From the NCBI RefSeq assembly GCF_009914755.1, contig NC_060940.1: DNA of 64,000 bases. One strand, 5' to 3'. A model generated the notes under the pieces. It did no database searches, was not told where the DNA came from, and worked only from the letters and a program-made list of their open reading frames with translations. Below, piece by piece: positions 1 to 16,513 of this stretch. Positions within the stretch are counted from its first letter, which is position 1. Each line of letters opens with the position of its first letter. Position numbers and translations under genes: made by a program. The DNA comes from the human T2T-CHM13v2.0 reference genome, Homo sapiens.

Positions 1-241
1 GCACAGAGACCATGTACTGTGCAACTGTTAGGCAAGTTTTAAATTATTTCAAAGTAAGCAGAGAACTGAACATGGGAGATTGTCGGTTTGGATGGGGCCC
101 GAGAATGAGCATAGCCATCTGCCCAGCCCCTAGCAGTGAACACTCCAGGAACCCCTCCTCAGCTTGGGGGAGATGGCCACATCCAGGGGCTCACCCAAGG
201 CTCCAAAGCAAAGCTTGAGAAAGTTTCCAGGGATCCATTTG

Positions 242-247
242 TTTATT
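242..247 (-). terminator. CHMP1A: Probable CHMP1A polyadenylation signal AATAAA
   Basis: tttatt on the + strand, about 1.6 kb downstream of the stop codon. Confidence 0.7.
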
Positions 248-1854
248 TACAACAGCATTCTAGGAGAAAGGTGAATGGGCCCCTCTCCTCAGTGCCCAAG
301 GGGACAGGACTGAGGCAGCCCCACCTGGCCCATGGCTCTGCAGAGCTCTGCACCCTCCCCAAGGCTGTTACCCACGATGGACAGAAGGACGTTCTCTCAA
401 CACCAGGGTTGATTTTGGGGAGGCTGGAGGGAACCACGTCTAGGACCTACCAACACTAGCCCCTCCCTGGGGGCTCCCAAGTTCTGAAAAGAAAACCAAA
501 CGCAGTGAGCCCACGTCAGGGTCTCCACGTTCCTGCACGTAACACCCACGACACCACTGCAGCCTCAGCATGGGCTGCACGGGGTGGGCAGGACTGAGGA
601 GGGGAGGGCAGGACTGAAGAGGGGCGGGGACCCGCACTCCCTGCCAGCCGCCCACCACCTGCCTTTTCTACTTTGGCAAAAACAAAAACAAAACCTGGAA
701 GCCTCAAGACAATGAAGTAAACTTTAGGAAATGGAAAAGACAGCAGGCTGTGCCCAAAGCCTCTCTCAGCCTCCCAGCAAGTCCTTCCCAAGAGCTGCTG
801 GTGACTCTCCAGGGCCACAATGGCAGGTTTTCCTCACAGCAGCCCCAACCCCAGCCCAGCTGAAGACGGCTCTCCTGAGCTCCCTTCATCAGCTGCCTTG
901 GCTTCCAAGCTGGGAAGGCATTGGGGTGTGGTCGGGGAAGGCACCCAGTTGTTTACAGATGGTAGAGGGTGACACAGGCAGCATCGTCATGAAGCAGGGC
1001 CCCAAGGAAAGGTCCTCCGGGAGAACCAGGCTGCCCAAGGGGAGGAGCTGCAGACGCACCCGCTGGGACCGCAGCCTGCTGGTGGACAGGCTCCCTGTCG
1101 AGGAGACAAACAGCACAGCACATGTGGCCAAAGGCACCTCCAGAGGCAGCAGCTGAGTGAGGATGAAGACTGCAGGGTGGGCACACTTGAATGTGGATCT
1201 GAGTGACGGTTCTGTCCCCATGGACTGGGCAGCTTTGGGAACTGAGGGAAGTGAGGGAGCGCAGGAGGCCAGGGGGCTCAGCCAGCTGGTAGGGGCGGCC
1301 GAGACACCACCCCTGGAGTGATGGAGGAGGAGGATGTCATTGTAAATACCACCAGGACAGCGTTGGGTGGCACCTGACATCCCCCAGCACACATAGACCT
1401 GTGGTGCCTCCTTGGGCTATGTCTGTCCACATGGTGGGACCTCCTGCCCGCTGAGGTGGTGCGGAGAGGCCTCAGGGAGTTGTTTGGCAACAGGGCAGCC
1501 CTGACCCCCTCTGGCTGATGGGAAGCAGCATGTCTGCTGCCCCAGAGTCTGAAGGCCCCCACAGTGCTGGGTGAAAGTCCACAGGGCCCCTCTTGGCCTC
1601 CCCGCTGTGGGCCCAGAGTCACAGAAATCACCCCCAGAAATTTGCAGAAACTCAACACCAGGACACAGACCCACCGCCCAACCTAAAAGAACAGGAACAA
1701 CCCTAAGGCCACGCAGGCCTGGCAGGTGAGAGACGCAGAGTGGCTGCCGGCCGCAGCCCCGCGGGGTCAGCACAAAGGCAAGACGCGGTGGGGAGAGGAC
1801 AGGAGCCTTCCAGCACATCACGGGGCAGAGGCGGTGCACACCGGCGGGGCACGG

Positions 1855-1876
1855 CTAGTTCCTCAAGGCGGCCAAC
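1855..1876 (-). CDS. CHMP1A: CHMP1A exon 7 coding part (..LAALRN*)
   Basis: AG acceptor at 1877-1878; TAG stop at 1855-1857. Confidence 0.96.
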
Positions 1877-2314
1877 CTGGAAACCAACAACAGGACTCGG
1901 GTCAGGGCAGGGGAAGGGGGCCTCTGACCACCACGTGCTCCCAGCACAGGTGACCCTTTTCCTCCTCAGTGTCCTGAGATAACATGAGTGACAGGCCTTG
2001 GAAACAGACATGCCCTGTCCCACTCTTACCTGATCTGTTAGGAAGGGTGCAGTATTCTAAAGTGTACTGCAGACGTGTGTAAACGCCATGCCTGACACAC
2101 ACTCAAGCCCCCACGCCAGCCGGAGCAGGACGGGGCAGCAGCAGGGCGGCTCGCTTGGGGGCGGCTGCAGCTGGGGCCTCTGAGTCGAGATCAGGGCTCC
2201 CTGGTCGGAGCCTCAGCCCAAGCTCTCCTCCAGCCTCTAACCCACAACCCTCTCTCCCTTCCCACAGCACCAGAGCGTGGGGTTGGTGACACAGCGTTTC
2301 GGGGACCGACCCTA

Positions 2315-2596
<282 letters not shown>

Positions 2597-2829
2597 TCAC
2601 ACAGCCAGCCACCTTCTTGCCCTGTTCTCTCAGTGACTCTCTCTGTCTCACCTTCCACCAGGAGCCTTTCCTGCCCCCCCACCCAGCCCCACCCTCTGAC
2701 TGTGCCATGCCTGCTGCCGCGGGTGGACATCTTTCCACACCTCTGCATGCTTGTCTGCCATCCGAGCCTCCCCACAAGGAGCCAGGTGCCTGCAGGAGGC
2801 CCCCGCCGCCCTGCCCACCCTACCTGTCA

Positions 2830-3261
<432 letters not shown>

Positions 3262-3306
3262 TCATCTGGGTCCTATGGAAAGACCACCAACTCGACGGAA
3301 AAGGCC

Positions 3307-5328
3307 ATGGAGACCCAGTGCGGGGTCAGTGGAGAAAAGGCCGCCGACGTGGAGACCCAGTGCGGGGTCAGTGGAGAAAAGGCCGCCGACGTGGAGACCC
3401 AGCGCGGGGTCGGTGGAGAAAAGGCCGCCGACGTGGGGACCCAGTGCGGGGTCGGTGGAGAAAAGGCGGCCGACGTGGAGACCCAGCGCGGGGTCGGTGG
3501 AGAAAAGGCGGCCGACGTGGGGACCCAGCGCGGGGTCGGTGGAGAAAAGGCCGCCGACGTGGGGACCCAGCGCGGGGTCGGTGGAGAAAAGGCCGCCGAC
3601 GTGGGGACCCAGCGCGGGGTCGGTGGAGAAAAGGCCGCCGACGTGGGGACCCAGCGCGGGGTCGGTGGAGAAAAGGCCGCCGACGTGGGGACCCAGCGCG
3701 GGGTCGGTGGAGAAAAGGCCGCCGACGTGGACACCCAGCGCGGGGTCGGTGGAGAAAAGGCCGCCGACGTGGAGACCCAGCGCGGGGTCGGTGGAGAAAA
3801 GGCCGCCGACGTGGAGACCCAGCGCGGGGTCGGTGGAGAAAAGGCCGCCGACGTGGAGACCCAGCGCGGGGTCGGTGGAGAAAAGGCCGCCGACGTGGAG
3901 ACCCAGCGCGGGGTCGGTGGAGAAAAGGCCGCCGACGTGGAGACCCAGCGCGGGGTCGGTGGAGAAAAGGCCGCCGACGTGGAGACCCAGCGCGGGGTCG
4001 GTGGAGAAAAGGCCGCCGACGTGGAGACCCAGCGCGGGGTCGGTGGAGAAAAGGCCGCCGACGTGGGGACCCAGCGCGGGGTCGGTGGAGAAAAGGCGGC
4101 CGACGTGGAGACCCAGCGCGGGGTCGGTGGAGAAAAGGCCGCCGACGTGGGGACCCAGCGCGGGGTCGGTGGAGAAAAGGCCGCCGACGTGGGGACCCAG
4201 CGCGGGGTCGGTGGAGAAAAGGCCGCCGACGTGGGGACCCAGCGCGGGGTCGGTGGAGAAAAGGCCGCCGACGTGGAGACCCAGCGCGGGGTCGGTGGAG
4301 AAAAGGCCGCCGACGTGGAGACCCAGCGCGGGGTCGGTGGAGAAAAGGCCGCCGACGTGGGGACCCAGCGCGGGGTCGGTGGAGAAAAGGCCGCCGACGT
4401 GGGGACCCAGCGCGGGGTCGGTGGAGAAAAGGCCGCCGACGTGGAGACCCAGCGCGGGGTCGGTGGAGAAAAGGCCGCCGACGTGGAGACCCAGCGCGGG
4501 GTCGGTGGAGAAAAGGCCGCCGACGTGGGGACCCAGCGCGGGGTCGGTGGAGAAAAGGCCGCCGACGTGGAGACCCAGCGCGGGGTCGGTGGAGAAAAGG
4601 CCGCCGACGTGGAGACCCAGCGCGGGGTCGGTGGAGAAAAGGCCGCCGACGTGGAGACCCAGCGCGGGGTCGGTGGAGAAAAGGCCGCCGACGTGGGGAC
4701 CCAGCGCGGGGTCGGTGGAGAAAAGGCCGCCGACGTGGACACCCAGCGCGGGGTCGGTGGAGAAAAGGCCGCCGACGTGGGGACCCAGCGCGGGGTCGGT
4801 GGAGAAAAGGCCGCCGACGTGGGGACCCAGCGCGGGGTCGGTGGAGAAAAGGCCGCCGACGTGGAGACCCAGTGCGGGGTCGGTGGAGAAAAGGCCGCCG
4901 ACGTGGAGACCCAGCGCGGGGTCGGTGGAGAAAAGGCCGCCGACGTGGGGACCCAGCGCGGGGTCGGTGGAGAAAAGGCCGCCGACGTGGGGACCCAGCG
5001 CGGGGTCGGTGGAGAAAAGGCGGCCGACGTGGGGACCCAGTGCGGGGTCGGTGGAGAAAAGGCCGCCGACGTGGGGACCCAGCGCGGGGTCGGTGGAGAA
5101 AAGGCCGCCGACGGGGAGACCCAGCGCGGGGTCGGTGGAGAAAAGGCGGCCGACGTGGGGACCCAGTGCGGGGTCGGTGGAGAAAAGGCCGCCGACGTGG
5201 AGACCCAGCGCGGGGTCGGTGGAGAAAAGGCGGCCGACGTGGGGACCCAGCGCGGGGTCGGTGGAGAAAAGGCCGCCGACGTGGAGACCCAGCGCGGGGT
5301 CGGTGGAGAAAAGGCCGCCGACGTGGGG
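3307..5328. repeat. 42-bp GC-rich minisatellite (VNTR), 48 full copies, in CHMP1A intron 4
   Basis: Unit gtggagacccagcgcggggtcggtggagaaaaggccgccgac; unit starts at 3307 and 5281 are exactly 47x42 apart; only point variants between copies. Confidence 0.99.
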
Positions 5329-5499
5329 TCTCCAGGACCGCTGTGCTCTCCTGGCCCACCTGCACTGTGTGAAGGAAATGCCTGCAACAGCCAAGGCTCT
5401 GCTGTGACGTCCCTGACCCAGCAGATGAGCCTGGCCATGCAGGCTCTGCCTCTCGTGGGAGTTGCCAAGACCGAGGCCTGGCCAGGTACAGTGACAGTG

Positions 5500-5940
<441 letters not shown>

Positions 5941-6028
5941 TTATCAAGAGGTCCTTCCTGGGGCATCAGTGCAAGCTCAGGGTGCAGCCTCACCTGTGTC
6001 CCTGCCAGCATTTCCCACCCCACGCTGA

Positions 6029-6706
<678 letters not shown>

Positions 6707-6743
6707 TGAGGCGGTGGGCGGGCCTCTCCCCAGAAATGTTTGA

Positions 6744-8239
<1,496 letters not shown>

Positions 8240-8384
8240 TCAAGGTGACGATTAAATCATGATGTAGAAAGTGCCCTGCCCCTCCCCAAAAGGCATCAAA
8301 ACAAAACAGGACACAAAAATAAGGGCAGAAAAGGACAGAAGACAAACCAGGAGAGTCATGACCCCACAGCCCCCAGGGTCTCAC

Positions 8385-8462
8385 CTTCTTCACTTTGGCC
8401 TGCTCCGCCTTGGAGTCCTTCTCCGCCTTCTTGGCCAGCTTCTCCAGCTGCTTCGCCGTGAA
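8385..8462 (-). CDS. CHMP1A: CHMP1A exon 3 (FTAKQLEKLAKKAEKDSKAEQAKVKK)
   Basis: 78 nt, CAG/GTGAGA flanks. Confidence 0.97.
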
Positions 8463-9019
8463 CTGAGCGGAAGCCGGAATGTCCTGGGTCAGACATGCGG
8501 AGCCCATCCCCCAGGCCCGGCTCTCCACACCCCCACACCTGTGCCCACACCTGTGCCCACACAGGTTCCTAAGCCCCCATCAGCCAGCCTGGGCCCAGCA
8601 CACCGCAGGGAAGGCGTGAAGCCTGTGGGCGTGCATCCTGGGCGGCGAGAGATGGCACCAGCTGGAGGAGGAAGCTGCCTGCTCTGCCTCAGGCTCTGTC
8701 TGGGTTTTCTCCAGTGTCTGTCTTCTCTGTGAACAGCCTCACCCAAGGCCTCCTCCAGAGCGGAAGGGTCAAAAACCTCTCACTCTGATCTCGGCTCCTG
8801 CTTATGGATGGCTTTTCAACGTCAAAGAAAGACTGAAGGAAACTCATTTCAGGCTACCCCCAAGTCATAACACAGAACTCCAGGTAAAAACACACCTGAA
8901 AGTGTTATCTCGAGAGAATGCTGTGGATGCAGGAGGTTGCTGGGCAGCACAAGCAGCTTCCGGGGATCTAACTGCTCTGCCAGCACCACACGGAAACAGG
9001 GCCTCTGGCAACACCACAA

Positions 9020-9472
9020 GGACACAGGGCCTCTGGCAACCCACCCGGAACCACAGACGCCCTGGTACCAGGTAGCCCTGGCCACCAGCACCTCAAGGAA
9101 ACAGGGCCTCTGGCAACCCATCTGGAATCACAGACACCCTGGTATCAGGTAGCCCTGGCCACCAGCACCTCAAGGAAACAGGGCCTCTGGCAACCCATCT
9201 GGAACCACAGACGCCCTGGTACCAGGTAGCCCTGGCCACCAGCACCTCGAGGAAACAGGGCCTCTGGCAACCCATCTGGAACCACAGACGCCCTGGTACC
9301 AGGTGGCTCTGGCCACCAGCACCTCGAGGAAACAGGGCCTCTGGCAACCCATCTGGAACCACAGACGCCCTTGTACCAGGTGGCCCTGGCCACCAGCACC
9401 TCGAGGAAACAGGGCCTCTGGCAACCCATCTGGAACCACAGACGCCCTGGTACCAGGTAGCCCTGGCCACCA
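9020..9472. repeat. 77-bp minisatellite, ~6 copies, in CHMP1A intron 2
   Basis: Unit ggaaacagggcctctggcaacccatctggaaccacagacgccctggtaccaggtagccctggccaccagcacctcga starts at 9020, 9097, 9174, 9251, 9328 and 9405. Confidence 0.95.
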
Positions 9473-9818
9473 CAGCACCACAGGGTGCAGGACACAAGCA
9501 GGCCTCAGCCGGTCCCCTCTGTGCCCAACAGCAACTGACAGGCCCACCGTGATGGGAAAACATCCCAAAGCTGCATACGGTAGCTCCGGCACATCACTCC
9601 TGCCCAGTAGCTCAGAGCCAGCGACAAGGCAAGATAAAGCTGGCCACAGATGAGCAGCCAGGAGCACATCCCAGGGAAATGCACGGAAACCTGCCCTGGA
9701 TTACCGGAAGCTGCAACCTCCACCCCACGTGGGAGGAATACTCAGAAAGCTCTCCTTCAAATGATCTCAAAGAATGAGTCCACACAGCGGAACACCAAGG
9801 CCTAATGCCCAAGTTGTC

Positions 9819-10122
9819 TTTTTTTTTTTTCTTTTCTTTTTTTTTTTTTTTTTGAGACGGAGTCTCTGTCACCCAGGCTGGAGTGCAGTGGCACAATCTT
9901 GGCTTACTGCAAGCTCTGCCTCCCAGGTTCACGCCATTCTCCGGCCTCAGCCTCCTGAGTAGCTGGGACTACAGGTGCCTGCCACCGCGCCCGGCTAATT
10001 TTTTTGTGTGTTTTTAGTAGAGATGGGGTTTCACTGTGGTCTCCATCTCCTGACCTTGTGATCCACCCCACCTCGGTCTCCCAAAGTGCTGGGATTACAG
10101 GCGTGAGCCACCGCGCCTGGCC
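9819..10122 (-). mobile_element. Alu (Y/Sc-like)
   Basis: Poly-T followed by antisense Alu; TSD cccaagttgtcttt. Confidence 0.92.
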
Positions 10123-10152
10123 CCAAGTTGTCTTTCTTAAGATAACACTCCG

Positions 10153-10576
<424 letters not shown>

Positions 10577-10716
10577 TCAGCAGTCTGAGCCCTGTGTGGC
10601 GGTCACTCAACTGTTATATAATCTGCCCGACTGTTTCTGTGGCTCTGAGTGAGCGTGGCTTATACTATCTGTCCTCACCAGAACAGGGCTGGGGTGAACG
10701 GCCATTCGGTACATAC

Positions 10717-10736
10717 CTTCAACTGGAACAGGGTAT
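10717..10736 (-). CDS. CHMP1A: CHMP1A exon 2, 20-nt micro-exon ((D)TLFQLK)
   Basis: Sequence ATACCCTGTTCCAGTTGAAG, preceded by a pyrimidine tract plus CAG and followed by GTATGT; it restores the frame to 196 aa. Confidence 0.94.
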
Positions 10737-11334
10737 CTGCAAAGAAAGAGGGAATTAATGGTTTGAGGATTGGGAATGGGACGTTACACTTCTGGCAGGC
10801 AGGACTCACTAGGATCCTTCTAGACACCAGGAGCTAGAACACACACACAGACCACACCTGCCTGGGGCCTTCGGGGAGCCCCCCCCAACAGGGGAGGCAC
10901 GAGACAGATTCGTGTGCCAGCCCTGGCTCCTTGCTAGCCACAGGGCCCAGCAAATGCAGACCCTCCCTCCCTGTTTCCTTGTTGGGAACATGAGGGTGGT
11001 ACCAGCCAATCTCAAAGGGTTAGTGTGAGGACAGAAGAGGTCATGGACGCAGCATCTTTTGGCCATGGTTAGAATCCAAAAGATGGTGGTTTATAATTAA
11101 TGCAACTTTGCAAATGTCCCTTGGGATTCTTTCCCAATTTAAAAGTTCACCTGTAATCCCAGCACTCTGGGGGTGCCGAGGCCAGTGGATCACTTAAAGC
11201 CAGGGTTTGAGGCCAGCCTGGGCCAATTTAAAAGTTCAGTACTTGACAGTTTACTTTTTACAGACTCTTTCTCCTCAAAGGTAAATGGATAAAAATAGCA
11301 AGGTGGTAACTCTAAGACATCAAAGAGCTGATTT

Positions 11335-13368
<2,034 letters not shown>

Positions 13369-13689
13369 TAGCCCCAGATGTAGAAGGTAAGAATTAGGGC
13401 GACCCATTGAGCACAGAAACGCTTGTGCTGGCTCCTGCTCAAACCTCTGCTTCCCCACATGGAGAATGGACGCAAAGAGCTGCTGTGACCAGGGCCTGGC
13501 ACTCAGGGAGCGCTTTCTGTCTGAGTCCTTCTGATTTGCAGTGATGCTGTTTGGGGCAGGGGGTGCAACTGTCACTTTTTCTGGTGCCCTCTGACCCGAC
13601 ATTCCAAGTCCCGAAAGGCCGAACAGGCATCGCACAGTCCCCCCTACCGAGCTGGCGGGAAAGGGCGCCTGACGCTGAGGAGTGCCGGG

Positions 13690-14290
13690 GCGGGGGAAAG
13701 GGTCCTGGGTCGGTGGTCGGGGGTCCAGGCCCTGGGCAAGGGGTCCTGGGTCGGGAGTCTAGGTCCCGGGTCCATGGTTGGGGGTCAGAGGTCGAGGCCC
13801 CGGGGAAGGCATACCGGGTTGAGATTTGGGGATGGAGGCCCCGGGGAAGGGGTCCCGAATCGGGGGTCGGGGATCGAGGCCTGGGGGGAGGGGTCCCGGG
13901 TCGAGGGTCGAGGCCCGGGGTAAAGGATCTCGGGTTGGGGGTCGGGGGCCTGGGAAGGGTCCCGGTCGGTGGTCGGGGGTCGAGGCCCGGGAGAAGGGGT
14001 CCCGGGTCGGTGGTAGAGGCCCTGGGGAAGGGGTTCCGGGTCGGGGATCGAGGGTCGAGGCCCGGGAAAAGGGGTCCCGGGTTGGTGGTCTAGGCCCTGG
14101 GGAAGGGGTTCCGGGTCGGGTATCGGGGGACGAGGCTCGGGAAAAGGGGTCCCAGGTCGGTGGTCGAGGCCCTGGGGATGGGGTCCGGGTCGGGGATCGG
14201 GGGACGACGACCGGGAAAAGGGGTCCCAGGTCGGTGGTCGAGGCCCTGGGGATGGGGTCCCGGGGGATCGACAGTCGAGGCCCGAGCTCT
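13690..14290. repeat. Degenerate G-rich tandem repeat (~34/41-bp units, gggtcccgggtcggtggtcgaggccctggggaag) at the start of CHMP1A intron 1
   Basis: Recurrent gggtcccgggtcgg / gtcgaggcc motifs with dense G3-G5 runs on the + strand. Confidence 0.85.
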
Positions 14291-14392
14291 CCTGAGTCCT
14301 GCCCGCGGCCCCAGGTGGGCGGAGCCCACGCCAGTGGGAGAAGCGGCCCCGCCCCGCGCGCGAGTCCCCGGAGGACGGCCGCGACCTCTTAC

Positions 14393-14399
14393 CGTCCAT
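14393..14399 (-). CDS. CHMP1A: CHMP1A exon 1 coding part (ATGGACG)
   Basis: GCCATGG Kozak context; GTAAGA donor. Confidence 0.95.
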
Positions 14400-14722
14400 G
14401 GCCACAATGACAGGAGCAGCACTCGGAGAGGGAGAAGGGACGCCAACTCCGGGCGGTGTCAGGTCCCGGCGGCGATCGAACCGACCAAGCTGCACCCGGC
14501 GGGGACTTCCGGGGTCGCCGCCCCACTTCCGGTCGCACGGGATGCTCTCGCGAGAGGATGGTGGCCGGTCCCGCCAGAGGGGCGGGGCGCGGCTGCGCGG
14601 CGCGCGGTCGCCATGGTGACGCACGCCGCTGGCGCGAGGACCTTTTGTGAGTCGCTCCCGGCTCCGCGGCTGCGGAGGTGTGGGGACCCGGGCTTGCGTC
14701 GGAGGGGGCGGTGGGCTCACCC
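14400..14722. promoter_or_regulatory. Bidirectional CpG-island promoter shared by CHMP1A and SPATA33
   Basis: Divergent ATGs 214 bp apart; two ACTTCCGG ETS/GABP sites (14505-14512, 14525-14532); TCTCGCGAGA palindrome (14546-14555); GC box (~14579-14588); X-box-like GTCGCCATGGTGAC (14607-14620). Confidence 0.9.
14613..14646 (+). CDS. SPATA33: SPATA33 alternative first coding exon 1a (MVTHAAGARTF(C))
   Basis: GCCATGG start; GTGAGT donor; phase 1 joins exon 2 in frame, giving 139 aa. Confidence 0.85.
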
Positions 14723-14759
14723 ATGGGCCTTTCCAAAAGCAAAGAGAAACCCAGGAAAG
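14723..14759 (+). CDS. SPATA33: SPATA33 alternative first coding exon 1b (MGLSKSKEKPRK(G))
   Basis: CCCATGG start; AAG|GTAAAG donor; phase 1, giving 140 aa. Confidence 0.85.
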
Positions 14760-15058
14760 GTAAAGGAGGCGCAGGCGCTGGGCTCCCCGCGTCTCCGCCC
14801 CTGGGCGCGGGCCCAGGGCGGGGCTGGGCTGGGCGGGGCGGTGTGAGCGCAGGCGCCAGGCTCGGCCCGGTGCGAACCGTTCCTGCCGCCGAGTCCGCCA
14901 CGGACGGCGCGTTTCCCGCCTGAGGCGGTTACGGAAACGCGGAGACTCGAGACTTGAAGCCAGCTTATTCTGGACCCACGCAGGCGACTGAAGACGATGG
15001 GACCCACTGCCCTGCATTCGGTAAGTCCCGGGTCTAACGGATGATCCATATATTTCAG

Positions 15059-15232
15059 GTGAGGAGCAAAAGAAGGGATCCACCTATTCAGTTCCAAAAT
15101 CTAAGGAGAAGTTGATGGAGAAGCATTCCCAGGAAGCCAGGCAGGCAGACAGGGAGTCGGAGAAGCCTGTGGACAGCCTCCACCCGGGGGCCGGGACAGC
15201 CAAGCACCCGCCGCCGGCAGCTTCGCTGGAAG
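15059..15232 (+). CDS. SPATA33: SPATA33 exon 2 (EEQKKGSTYSVPKSKEKLMEKHSQE...AASLE)
   Basis: 174 nt, tttcag acceptor and GTAGGA donor. Confidence 0.93.
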
Positions 15233-15834
15233 GTAGGAGACGGCGGGAGGGAGCGAAGCGAGGTCAGTGGCTTGGAGGATCTGGGGCTGGGGTGAGGAGC
15301 CTACTGTAAGACCCTACCGGATGGACACTAGTAGCAGGCACGCGCCGTAAAGATGAAACTGGTTTGTTTTGGGAACTTTATGTAGGAGGTAAATATCCAG
15401 AAATCTTAGTTGAAAACATAAGTTTAATGAAAATGTAGGTCAGTTCCCGAGTGATAAGTGCGTACCAGGTGGTCGAGGGGCTGGGGCAGTGTGCGTGTGT
15501 CTCACCTGAGGTTCTCCTCGAGGGCTGGGTATCTTGGTGCCACTGAGAATCCCTGAGCCTCCGCACACTGGAACAGAGCATTGGGAGGCCGTCCCAGGCT
15601 GGACTGTAGCTCTCCGAGGGCTGTGGGGATAAGTACATTGCGGAGGGTGACCGAGGAGTAGAACCTGGGTGCGACAAAGGTGTCTTTTATAACAGCCTAG
15701 TGTGGCCAGACCTTTGGGTGTGTGTGGGGAAGATGAGGCCCCAAAAGTAGGAAGAAGCTAGAATACAAAGTTTTCCATCAGTTTTACCACGTGGAGCTGG
15801 AAGCGTTAAATATTTTAAACAACGGAGGTGCTGC

Positions 15835-16513
15835 CTGGGGCGGTAGTTCACACCTGTCCTCCCAGTTATTTGGCCGAGGCAGGAGGATCTTTTGAGCCCA
15901 GGAGTTCAAGACCAGCTTGGGCAACATAGTGAGACCCTGTCTCTACAAAAAATAAATATTTAAAAATAAAAAACAAGGGCGGCATGATGAGGTCTGTGCC
16001 TACCAACAGGGGAAGCCAGTTCGCAGGGGAGGTGGCCCGGTCAGAGACCCATTGCTGTGGCCCAGTGGGAGCCAGCAAGGCCTTGCAGTAGGAATTGCAG
16101 AAGGGTCAGGCAGGGAGAACCCGCAGAGCCTGCCGTCCGAGGAGATTGGGGGCCTGTGCCAGGAGGAGGTGTTTTAAGTTTCATCACAAGAATGAACCAC
16201 TCGGCTGGGCGCAGTGGCTCACGCCTGTAATCCCAGCACTTTGGGAGGCCGAGGCGTGTGGATCACTTAAGGTCAGGAGTTCAAGACCAGCCTGGCCAAC
16301 GTGGTGAAACCCTGTCTCTACTAAAAATACAAAAATTAGCTGGGCGTGGTGGCATGTGCCTGTAATCCCAGCTACTCAGGAGGCTGAGGCAGGAGAATTG
16401 CTCGAACCTTGAACCGGGACCCGGGAGGCAGAAGTAGCGGTGAGCGAGATCGCACCACTGCACTCCAGCCTGGGCTACAGAGTGAGACTCTGTCTCAGAA
16501 AAAAAAAAAAATA
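15835..16513 (+). mobile_element. FLAM/Alu monomer (~15835-15972) and AluS (~16203-16513)
   Basis: Alu motifs. Confidence 0.82.

Noticed and set aside
13551-15083. Long ORFs (432, 228, 194 and 180 aa) across the CHMP1A/SPATA33 promoter
   Set aside because: They result from stop-codon scarcity in a CpG island and G-rich repeat, and their translations are low-complexity.
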